Positions 10,701-21,300 of a stretch of 64,000 nt of DNA are shown here, piece after piece. The notes below the pieces were generated by a model. That model searched no databases and was not told where the DNA came from. It worked only from the letters and a program-made list of their open reading frames with translations. Both the position numbers and the translations under genes were made by a program. Source of the DNA: a virus (taxonomy: Duplodnaviria > Caudoviricetes); the IMG/VR virus record IMGVR_UViG_3300025066_000007, one strand, 5' to 3'. Within the stretch, counting starts at the first letter, position 1. Each line of letters starts with the position of its first letter.

Positions 10701-12297
10701 TTCTATGAACAAAGTTTCCGGTCCTAGGATGAACTCCTGGGTCAATGAAATTGTCCTGCCTGTTTAGAGCAATATAATTGAGAGATCCTTCCGCAACATC
10801 CTTTAACGAAATATTTCTGAGAAAATATGGAACCTTTGTATTTCCAACAAAGTCTGTCGTCTTACCAAGAGATATAGGGAGGCCGTCTAGAGAATATGCA
10901 AGTCCATCGGTTATCTCCACGGTATCAGAGTGAACAACAAACCATAGTGAGGAATCCGGATCATCTACATAAACTAAGTTAATTGGATCAAATTGAACAA
11001 ATCTTTGAGTCTGTCGGCCAAAATTCTCCTCAGGATTGAGCTGTTGTCCATTGTCACTTTTTCTTTTAGGCTTATAAAAGCCCTTGGATATTGCAATTGT
11101 GCCTTTAGCGTTGCTGCCGCGCCTGCTGATCAAAATTGAATAGTACTTGTCGATCTGAATTGAAGGTTCAATCTTAGGATCTGCAATTAAGGTTGAAGAT
11201 AGGTCAATTTCTATTACCTGTGGTGTACCAGACAGCTTTACTCCAAGCCCTTCTAGATCATCTTGAGAATATGAAACCTCAACAATAGGCGCAGGGTTTG
11301 GGTCAAAGTCTAATAAATTTTCCGGATTTGGGTCAGAAATACAGTCCGTATCTGTTTGAAGCTCATGCAGAGAGACAACAATATCTCCGGAAAAATCAAA
11401 CTCCTCTCCTAACGCTGCGGAACTATCCTCTATAACATGAAGTAACAAATCAATTTTTTGAATATTATTTGATTTAGCCAAAAACTTCTGACCGTAGGAG
11501 GCTATCTGACTAGATCCCTTCGAAAAGGTTAAAATGCCAGAAGGGTCAAGTTCGTAATAAAGGTCATTAAAATTATTCGATGGCCCTATACCTGCAGAGA
11601 TTTCCTCCTCCAGAGTAAGGCTTGGGCTTGAAGTTATGAAGTTTCCCAAAGCAACATTGGGAGACTCTGTTTGAAAGGAAGTTTTCGTTCTTGCGAAGAC
11701 TTTTAGGGGTTCTGACTCTCGAAAGATTATACGCCCAGAAGTGCCAAGGGTATTTGGGCTAACCTTACTTGTATCGTAATGAGTTGCTCCAGTCCCTCCT
11801 GAGAAGTTGTTGAAGAATACACACAGAACCTTCTTGTAATAAAACTCGGTAAGTTTAGTTGTATTTTTATCGAACTCGATTACTTCGGCTATCAATTCTC
11901 CAGAAGAGTTAACAGCAGAATAGGTTCGACCTACAATAAGGACCTTTGCCTTAACTCGCCCTCCGATCTCAAGATCAACTGCCTCAATCTCAAGCCTGTT
12001 TCCAAACTCAGAATCTCCAGGCTGAACGTCCAAATAGATCGCTTTTCCGTCATAAGAGCCAGAGTCTATGGTGAGCTCAGATAAATTATCTTCCTGCCCA
12101 CCAGGATCTGCAGTATCGAGTAAGACCTTGCTCTCAAAGAGGCGATCCTTGACAACTCCATTCCCATGAAAATCTAATGTCGAGTTTGAGATCAAACTTC
12201 TATTGTGAATCTGCTCTGAGTCTAAGTCAGACTCAGTAACTCTTTGTCCGTCAAAAAAATTAACTCTTGGCAGAACCGTTCTATTAGCTCTTGACAT
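7708..12297 (-). CDS. Large virion (baseplate/fibre-adaptor) protein with a dockerin-like double Ca-binding loop
   Basis: N-terminal RVNFFDGQRVTESDLDSEQ resembles the R..YF.GQ.L...D...EQ fibre-attachment motif of contractile systems; GDFDNDGKITTSDL ... ADLNEDGTIDGSDI at ~10205-10401; GGAG RBS. Confidence 0.65.
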   Translation of the reverse strand: MSRANRTVLPRVNFFDGQRVTESDLDSEQIHNRSLISNSTLDFHGNGVVKDRLFESKVLLDTADPGGQEDNLSELTIDSGSYDGKAIYLDVQPGDSEFGNRLEIEAVDLEIGGRVKAKVLIVGRTYSAVNSSGELIAEVIEFDKNTTKLTEFYYKKVLCVFFNNFSGGTGATHYDTSKVSPNTLGTSGRIIFRESEPLKVFARTKTSFQTESPNVALGNFITSSPSLTLEEEISAGIGPSNNFNDLYYELDPSGILTFSKGSSQIASYGQKFLAKSNNIQKIDLLLHVIEDSSAALGEEFDFSGDIVVSLHELQTDTDCISDPNPENLLDFDPNPAPIVEVSYSQDDLEGLGVKLSGTPQVIEIDLSSTLIADPKIEPSIQIDKYYSILISRRGSNAKGTIAISKGFYKPKRKSDNGQQLNPEENFGRQTQRFVQFDPINLVYVDDPDSSLWFVVHSDTVEITDGLAYSLDGLPISLGKTTDFVGNTKVPYFLRNISLKDVAEGSLNYIALNRQDNFIDPGVHPRTGNFVHRKIEDSPSATIMTATELSEVDPENPPILLARVTDNNVRDAQVISGTFDKAGLLGRDQVVFVSPSSNVLASNLINRVFTPDIDCECNARYRIISANCSKVYSGDFDNDGKITTSDLSSLVDIVGNTLITETTQRKIQGGELDVLDFIKADLNEDGTIDGSDIEIIEDAIDGYVNFTADVSFDVLTLKLENILEEDDYPVLFDSAESATNSGLGVSVASSDDITFKTDTEEEALAIRTGDSISISIGFSDSGTYTVSGKTVGSSGTDVSVSVTEVSDGSAVSFAGSTGFDVEITSGTKTNLFADNLDLLKIPFSDQNWKIDYVGSPYQDSFVDVCDLRRFVETSFIEKEEITCVCAPDVCQQTPACSPQYRTQKVIANDLFIPNGEIYKEPGVPYHGDIEFANVLIPLPPGTIDDCQIDLYNNFIKSKDGTCKTAAGYPAMLYSDGTYVGCEDSGSNTDLTKNRIKISQCIASLYVDALVDGYAVDGYADETEESDATELISETFVDYTYPNSNGFSEWLTSEPSGGTYFTISTPAALNSPATFILETIAAGERIGQIQYPSAALIDPISDDFIIDFVMSRSIWGGASLTTGKVSFYSELIITNLDGTETTLQFGWRETASGSLELYYSGSIEDTATSIILNDFDYSIAAVDDLNDDIRFRLRRTDEAVFAMYFDDSLVDLSENISGQFVKIGTNLPFQPGAGSAELTFNLAQELNPDAGIIFATKVRDLTIRHTLDSDDAESPIAISRDSDSLINRVTATFPTQLTQKTNIVSATLEMTLAAGISTTDSFNLIPYNILNADNLGPIIDYPISDNTSLQSTFIPGTLSAGDKISVDITPMVIYFLSQTGHLPGQHKAVIIEPSSSATSALSITSDVNLSIGYEDVTTGVVFQIGASVDSATGIVTLKTKNILYDALNEASRTTLGFGIHLKKSGFKNADVKIGIKDLSRIGIGTCEDTTVFEEDDLCYFISGATGGANGTSGAAVGTLVQGPFPCNLFLP

Positions 12298-12352
12298 TAA
12301 AATCTCCTAGAAAATATGCTTCGATATATTCCCTCAATATTAATAGAGCTTA

Positions 12353-15300
12353 TTAGCATGATTCTCTTGGAAATTTAACTAAAGCGTTCGTATGTGATGG
12401 CTTCAGCGTATTTACGAGCTCAGTTATGAGGTCTTCTATTTCGTCTTTGTTGATTTTACCAAAATCATCAATTACATCAATGTCGAAATTGAATATTCCA
12501 TTTTCAGGATCGATTATTGTTGCATATTTTTCCTCGGTATTTTCTTGGTCAAAATTAAGCAGCAAAGTCGTTATACTATCCTTTATAACAGGAAGAATTG
12601 TATTTATATTAGAAGAATAGTTTAGATCGACCTTGTTTCCATTTGGATCGCTAACCTCTTCTCTTATTGCCCGGCTAAAGCGAATATTGTCCATTCTTGC
12701 CAATGCTGAGTTATTAGCGTTAGATTCGCCTCCTATCAGTATCAATCTAAAATCATCAGATAACTTAATCTTCTTTGTCTTTAGCGAGTTAATGCTTGGA
12801 AGCGTAATATCTGAGTCTGTTTCATTATAAATAGAGCTATCTTCTCCGTAGACAAAGCCTGCCTGATCCTCTCCGTCTATAAATAAGCGCATCATATCGC
12901 TAGAAGATCCAGTTTTGTAGTCGCATCGAATTCTATGCCAAGAATTCCTCTCCCAATCTACGGCGCCAACAAGCTTGTGCTCTTCGTCATTTGTCTTTAT
13001 TGAAAAAACAATTTGACTATCCGCATCCTTGTATATAGAAACGATATCACCAGCCGAATCTCTTGGAATATATGTAACAATCACATCCACTTCAGAGCCA
13101 GGAAGAGCATCTTTCAGGGCAATATCCCTACCGTTAGGGCTTAAGGTAGATCCGCGAGAAAAGTCCTTTTTTACCCCAGTTCCTCCGGCCAGTCTGCCGG
13201 TTATTTCGCTTCTGTAGATTTCATCAAATATAATGTTATCAACTTCTGTTTGAGAGTAAAAGGAAGAAAACTCTTCTTTATTTTCTATAAGCTTAATTCC
13301 AAGAATTTTCTTGGCAGCAGCGGGAAGCCTCAGGCTTGTTGGAGAGGTCGATTCGACCCGCTTTCTATCCACAGAAGATATCTCTACGTAGGTCCGCTTT
13401 GTTGGGTCATTATAAGTATTGAGAAGTGGCGATACCCAGAACTCAATGCTTCCCTTGTCTTTTCTAAAGAATGAAAGATTATTTTGAATAACTAATGGCG
13501 CTGTTTCAAAAAACTTTGCAGCTTGACCGAAATGGCTGTTTACGCTTCCAAAGCTTACAAGCATATCGTCCGACCTAAGCAGTTTTGCTTCATTAAAGAC
13601 CGGACCGCCCTGAGCCTTATGACATTCGAAGAAAGTTCTGACGGCTTGATCTTTCGAAAAGCCCATTCTAATCATTTTTGACTCAAAAGCCTCTCTGTCA
13701 TTTATGGACGCAAGAAGGACCTCTCTGTCTGAGTGATCCAGCTTAAACCTGTAGTTATGATCTGTGTTCAAAAAAACCTTTTGACGAAGCCTTCTGGACT
13801 GCAGTTTTATTGGGTTATCAAAGTGAGATAGTAAAATCGTCTGATCATCTGGACAGCTTGGATTTGGATTTAAATATTCTTCCGTTATACTTCGTGTACC
13901 GGAAGTAGTAAGAGCTGTAGGCCTTGTATCATTAGACATTTCTGTAATGATTTTACACTCATCTAAAATTCCATTAAATTGGCCCTTTCCATTCATATCT
14001 GAGCCTAGGTAAAGCTTAGGTCCGACCTGTGGTATTTTAATGTTTAAAAATGCAGGAAACTCCACTCTATAACTTCCGGGATGAAGCTCAAATGGAGAAT
14101 CGGACCCAGAAGTCTTTAGCGTAAGCGCTCCATTTATATATCTAGTGATCTCTGCATATTCTCCATCATTATTGCCAACTGTTACAGGATCTTTTTCAAT
14201 AACCTCTAAAACGCAGGACTCATATGATGTGTCTGCAACGATTAATTCTCCAGAAATTGACTCTACAGATGTAAAGAATTTTTCTCCATCTAAAAGCCCA
14301 TTTCCAGTTATATAAAATTCTTCAGAATTAGAGCCATCTGTTGTTTTCCCAGAGATAGTTATTTTGCTCACCAAAGAGTCTGCATATCCATCTGTAATTT
14401 CTTTACAGAACTTGATATTATCTGAATCTATAACCACGGATAGCTGTCGCCCCTTGTTCTCTTTGTCTAGCTGCCCAGATTCAGAGCTTACTTTGAATGT
14501 TCCGATAGAATTTTCAAGAGAGGTCTCAAAAGTTCCGAGGTAAAAATCATCAACAGGATCTATTTCATCGAATTCTGGAATGTATTTTGTTTTTATTATT
14601 CTTTTTACCGAAACATCAGAAAGAGATACAGGCTCAACTCCGTGCGAGAATAATGCGCTCTTAAGCTCATCTTTTCTAGAGTCGTCATATGATGAGCTAG
14701 ATAGAGCAATATCCGTCTTGACCTTTCTAAAGAGCAATCCAAATGTTTTCAGATGAATATCTAAATCAGAAAAGCTTACGCTAGATGTCATATTACAGTC
14801 GTCGTCTTCTCCAATAAATTCTATTATCTTAGATGAGACATTGGCTCTAAAAGCCGGCTTTATTGCTTGCCCGTGATTTATCAGAGTAATTGAACTACCA
14901 CTTGTTGAATATTCTAGCCCGCCCAGCTCTTCTGTCTGTCCATTGCAATCTGTCCTGAAGACCGAGTAAGCTCCGTTCTTAATATCGGCTGCTAATGACT
15001 CTGAGATTCCAGCCGTAGGAGCTAGAGAGAAGGTTATATCTGAAGCAGAAGTATTGAATACAATAGGATCAAGAGTTATCGAATCAAGAATCGTAACTCC
15101 CGAGCCAACCACTGGCCCTATTATGAATCCTCCTCCGATATATGCCTCTGCTATATCAGAATCCTTGAAGATTAAAGAGCGGCCAAGTAATTCGGCTCCC
15201 GGGGCTAAACTTTCCGAGGAGAACGTGGAGGATCCGGCCAAAATGGTTCCATCCGTATGATCTTCGTAATATACGATCTTCTCTTCGACAAACCCTTGGA

Positions 15301-18300
15301 GGACTTCTTTGCCAACGTCTGAAAACTTATCATTAACACGGGCTTTTGCGCTTCCTCCGAAGCGGAACAAATTAGGAGCCTCTAGCCCATCAACAAATAA
15401 GTGCATTTCGTCTTTTTCGTAAACAGTGTTTAGCCTCCAGCTTGCTCCAATGTGATGGAGCTCGTTGGCCTTAAAATGCTTGATATTTGTAGCTATATTA
15501 TAGGCGTTTGAGCCATTCTCTGTGGAGCTGCCAAATATTCTAAAGTTTAGAAATCCCTTTCCGTCTTTAAATATAGATATTCGATTTTTAGACTCACCTT
15601 CTCCTGTGTCAAGCAAATACCGCAATTTATCTGATGTAAAAGTTATTTCGTCAACGTCATATACTACCTCAGAGACATATCCGTCATATCCATCGTCATA
15701 TCCATCGGAATATCCGTCAGAATAGCCATCAACTGTCGAATCCGTAGTGACGAAAGAAAACTCTATTTTTGAATCAGTCGATATGAAGACATCATCACTC
15801 TCAAGGAGGCCTAGGCCCTCTTCTCTTCTACCTTCATACTCTATTAGTGATATATCAACAATACTTCCAGTGAAGGCCTGATGAAAAGCCGTAGAATCTA
15901 TAATTGAACCATCGAATAAGTGGCTTGCTATAAATGGTTCGCTTAATAGATCGCAAGAATCAACAGATGCATCCTCAAAGTCTCCTGCAGAGATAACGCT
16001 CAAAACTTCAGAGTCAGTTTCTACGGAAATTATATCATTTTCATTTTTAATAATCAGTTCTTTATACTCTCCATCGCTCCAGTCAAAAAATGATATGTCC
16101 AATATATCGCCAGAATGCCCGTCCATCGTTAATAGGACCGGCTGAGAGGCGTCGGAGATACCTAGTAATAATTTTATGTTTATCTTTCCATCAAAAATAT
16201 GCAGCGGCGAAATTCCTGTTAAGTTTCCAGAAACTGCGCCCACAAATCTGGCCAAAGCAGATCCCTCTATATTGAAGTCCGACTCCAAAACTCTGAAATT
16301 AATTGTTGAAGTCCAATCCCCATCCGAACAGGGTATTCTTCCGAATAGGGTATTCCTATTCACTAGATCTCCGCTCTCTGGATCGACAACAGAAGTTGAC
16401 GGTCCAATACGATAAACCCCTCCATCTGCAGAGGTGTTAAAGCTACCAGATTTTGTCCAAAATCCAACATCGTTTTCTGAGCCACCCAGCAGAAGGTTTA
16501 TAATGGAAGAATCAGTTTCGTTAATCTTTCTCCAGCCCGCATTCTCCAGAAGATCCTCTCCGCAGTACCTGTAGTGAGCAGAGCAGACTAGGCCCATAGC
16601 ACAAGAATCATCATCTTCTTTTCGATAGGATCTAGTGACAGAGGAAAACTCTCCGTCAGTTAGAATTCTTCCGTCAAAAGTGTGCTCTACTGTGATATCT
16701 GATGACTCTAGCTCATAATCAGAGCCGCTTATTGCTACCGATGTTGGCAGAGATATAGTTTCTGCAGCACGAGTTCTGAATACCCATTGCCCAGCGTCAT
16801 CCGAAAGGCTACTCTCACAAAGATTATCAAACCCTATAAATACTCCCTCTGAAGTTTCGTAATTAAGAGGAACTCCGACAGAGGTGTTTGGCGAATCATT
16901 TTTGCTAATTGAAAATGGATTTCGTTTTGGATTTCTTCCGAACTTTCCAATGTATATATCGCTTAGGCTAAATCTGTTGGTAATTTTATAATCAAGCTTA
17001 TTAATATTTATTATCGCCCTACAGCTTTTGTCCAAAGTTCCTACTGATATCTTATCCTTTAGTCTATCGCTGCTTTCTGCGGGCAAATCAGCTAGATCAT
17101 CAAGGCTAAATCTTGAAAAAATATAATTTTCATCCGAAGTATTGATCAGATCTGTATAGAAAAGGCTGACCGTCTTTTTCTCCGAGAATGTCTTAGAGAG
17201 AAGATCTATTGTAACTAGATTTTTCCTAGGATCTCTAAGAATGGAGATATCCAGGCATTCTGTACTCCAATCTGCAACAAAAGCCTTTTCCTCATATCCC
17301 AAAACCTTTTCGGAGTCGGTATCAGACTCCGTTAATACAGATACAATCTGATAGCTTAAGAATAACTCTCCGAGAGGATTGAAGTCATTCAAAAATTCCG
17401 AACCTTTAGCCGTAATTTCTTCATGGTTTTGAGGGATCTTGTTAAGCAAAAAGCCTGTAATTTTATCGGGGAATGCCCCAGAGGCTTCCTCTCCATCTTC
17501 ATCAATAAACCCGTATACCTCATATATTGCTCCGCGAGAATCTGTTACCTTAAAAGCGGATGGCCCATCGGTTAGAACAGCATTGAGGCTTCGAATGTGA
17601 GATATATCGACAGCTGAATCGAATTCAGCCTTGACAGTCTGAACTTCCCTGTCTCTAAATCCAGAAAGAATAGAAACGGTATCTGTTACGGTACACTTGC
17701 AGCTAGTAGTCGGATGAAGTCTATCATACTTGGGAAAGTCATTTGTCGAAAGATCATCATCATCTATCTCCACGTAAAACACGCTTCCATCAGATGCATT
17801 AGTTACGGGCCGCAGCGCAAGCTGTAAGAACAAAAGCTTATTATCATCTCCTATTGAAATAAAGCCGGGACTCCCATAGCCTATCGAAGACTGAGAAGGA
17901 GTAGACGCCGACAAATAGCCTGGAACATTGTGCGTAGACTCGTATAGCCCCAGGACGCCATTCTTTAAAGCAGGAGGTGAGTCGGAGGTTCCAGAGATTT
18001 TTTCTGGAATACTGAAGTTGTCAATCTTAATTGAAATACCAAGTTCTAGCTTGGTGGCTCGGGTCAGAGAAGGCTCCCTCTTAGCTAGAGCACTTACTCC
18101 AATCTGAAGAACTTCTTCTTCATCTATAAGTACAGTCCTTCCATTGTGAAGTGTGATGCTTGGAATAGAACTATCTACTCCTCCAATCCTATTGTCGCTG
18201 GGAAATAGGCTAAATTTGTTATCATAATTAAAAACATCTGTTCCAAGAACATATTTATATGACTGAAGACCTATATTGTCTATTTCAATTGTAATCTCTG

Positions 18301-21300
18301 CATCATTATCAATTCCAGACCAATGTGGAGTTACCCAAGCGGAAAATGTGCCTTCATCAAGATTGATATTTGAAACAGAGGGAACGGAAACGATCGTTCC
18401 ATCTTTTACATCCAAGCCTTCTTTGAATTTTGAATTTGAAAAACTAATAGGGCCAGAAACCTCTATTTCTTCTGGCTGAAGAAGGTCTCTTCCTAAGATC
18501 CAGCTGCCAAATGCGGACTCCGTTATATCCGGCTCTATATCTGTAAAGGATTTTACCAAAGTGCCAAAGGAAGATTTTTTAGGCCCGTTAGTAAAGGCCT
18601 GCATTGCACCTTGAAGCGCATTACGATACAGCTCCCTATCAATATTCAGTCCAAAGTTTTGGAAAAATGGAATTTTAGTTAAGATTCCGAAATTCTTCTT
18701 CAGAGCAGCCCTCAGCGCCCCATACTTATAAGAAACGTAATACTCTTCTCCTTCGCCTATGGCGCTTCCAATAGACCAATCAATTTGATTGTCTCCATAC
18801 TCATAAGAGACAAAAACATTATCATAAGAATAGGTGTAATCAAAGTGGATCCTGCCATATCTATAATCTACAGCCACCTTTGTGCCAACAGATGGAACTC
18901 CATCTGTTATATAGCTGACCTCAACTAAGTCTAGAGAGGATATGGCAGCACTATCTGGGATTATAATGACAGCTCCAGTTGAGCTAAGAGTAACTACTCC
19001 ATCAGTAATGGCTTCGCCCGTAGAGTTGTTCTTTATCTCGAAAATTGACTCAAGATCAGAGTCAGAAATTCTAATCGTGAAGCTTCCATCTTTCTTGACG
19101 ACTCGTGTTTTAGATACCTTTTTTAAATCTATAACATTCTCTTCAAAAGTTACGTAGGAAGAATCATAAAGATTTGTTCCGCCATCTGAAAATGGAAGGA
19201 TCGCCTCTGATGCAGCAGAATCTGGGATCCGCTTTGAAAGCTCTGCAAAGTTTAGGCCAGAGCCATAAAGATATTTTTCGTCAAGAATGGTATTTATCGA
19301 GGAGATCTTATGCTCAACGATAATTGTGTAATCCGCAAGAATTTTGTTCGTTTCCTCTATATTTCCGCTGAGGTCTGCGGCAGATGCTCCAGTATTTCTC
19401 AAAAGACTTGTTTCTAAATCATTAATCTTTATAGCATTATTTGTATTAAGTATAGAGTTATAATTAATTGCAGAATCAAAAACAGAATTAGATGGAAGAA
19501 TCTGCTTTGATGCTCTAGAGACGGCTATAATGTTTGGATTTCTAGAAATAGATGATCCATGCCTATAGCTGACAAATCCCGCCTCATACTCTTGCTCTTT
19601 ACTTACTGCCAAGTAAACTTTTCCATGGTCATAATCAATACAATAGTCTCCAGGCTTTCTTAAGCGTGAAACGTTTTCTACGGTTACGTCTGCCTTCTCC
19701 GATACGAACACACTCTGTAAAGATCCTTTTTCGGGAAAACTAAGAGAAGGAGATAAGGGCGAGGGCCTAAAGTATTTTTCATTGACGAATACCGAATCAT
19801 CAGAGAAAATAGCAGAAGTATTAGAAAATGATCCAACTGAATCTTGTGTTTTGCTAATAACCTGAGCTTTTTCTAAGCTAAAGACGTAGCCCAATGGTCC
19901 CAGCGTCACAGACTCTCCAAGCGATGGAGCCTGTGCCGTTAGCGATATTCCAAATGAATGAATCAATCCGTTTGAATCAGGCTCTCCAAAAAACCTTATC
20001 TGAATATCCTCGGGATCACCTCCGCCGGTTAAGCCCGTACTTCTGATCAGATAATCCTGAGAATTTAAGTTGATTAACTCAGAAGGAATTCCTGGTGAAA
20101 AACGAATATTAGAGTTAGATAGAGCTGTTCTAATCTCTATAGTGAAAGCCGGACATACGAACTCTCCTACCGCCGCAAGCTCCTCTAGTTCAATCAGATC
20201 AAAATTAGCACTTTCCAACCCAGATGTCTTAAACTCAGGAGATTTTCTTCCTGAGAAAAAGATTTCGTCATCTGTATAATATAGAGGCGAGTATACCTCT
20301 CCAGTAGTTTGGTTAAAAATCCTAAAAACGTCCGTAACAGGAGTATTTTTAGGACTTATAGAGAAGGACGTGGAGAAATTATTTTCAACTGGCTCATTGA
20401 GGATCTCTGTGTGACATGGAGCCGCATAGTCAACTCCATCTAGGAAGATTTTCTCATAAGTAAATTCGACAGTAACTTGGGAGCCCTTAAGACTCCTTGT
20501 CTTAGAGGCTACAATTTCATTATTGTTGACGTAATAATCTAGGTTTTCTACAAAAGAATTTCTGTAAGTATAGGAGGCGATAATTGCACGATTGCCAGTT
20601 CCTTCTCCTATTCTCTCTGACCCAACGACAATTACCTCTCCTGTATTATAATTGACGGTGTACTCTCCTAACTTAGAAGGTAGTTTTGACGCGTTATAAA
20701 CAAGTTCTCTTCTAAATTCTGCAGGAATTCCGGGAGAAGCCTGCCCGTATGAAAAGGATATGCCTCCTCTTTCTGGAATAAGATTATTCGAATCTACTAT
20801 GGGGGCCTTGTTGAGAAAGAATCGGCTGCTATTTGCTGGAAGCGATTCTTGAGGAATGGCCTTCAAGTTGAAAATCTCCAAAGAACCTTCGTTAAGCCTG
20901 ATTCCCGCATCTCGATACAAGTAGGATGCAATAATCTTATCTCCAACTTTTGGCTTATCTATATTTCCAAATTCGGACAACAAGACCTGATTAGACAAGA
21001 GAGAACTATTGCTGAAGGCAAGCTCTTCGTCATACCTGTTGTCTAGAATTGAATATTTGTAAGTCGATAGACTATATTCTGTCCCAAGATTTCCATCGCA
21101 ATCTTCGACTTCCCCGGACTTAACAAGAATAAGCTTAGTTAGCTTGATTACATTCTTCTTTGAAAGATTGACCAGAAAGCCATCGAATGAGGCCCCCTCT
21201 GTCCCCAGGGTAATTTCCTCGGCAGTTACTGCCATCTCCTGAGTAGAGACTGGATAGCTAGGAAAAGAAGAGTGTCTAGAAATACTGGATTCTGCGCTAT

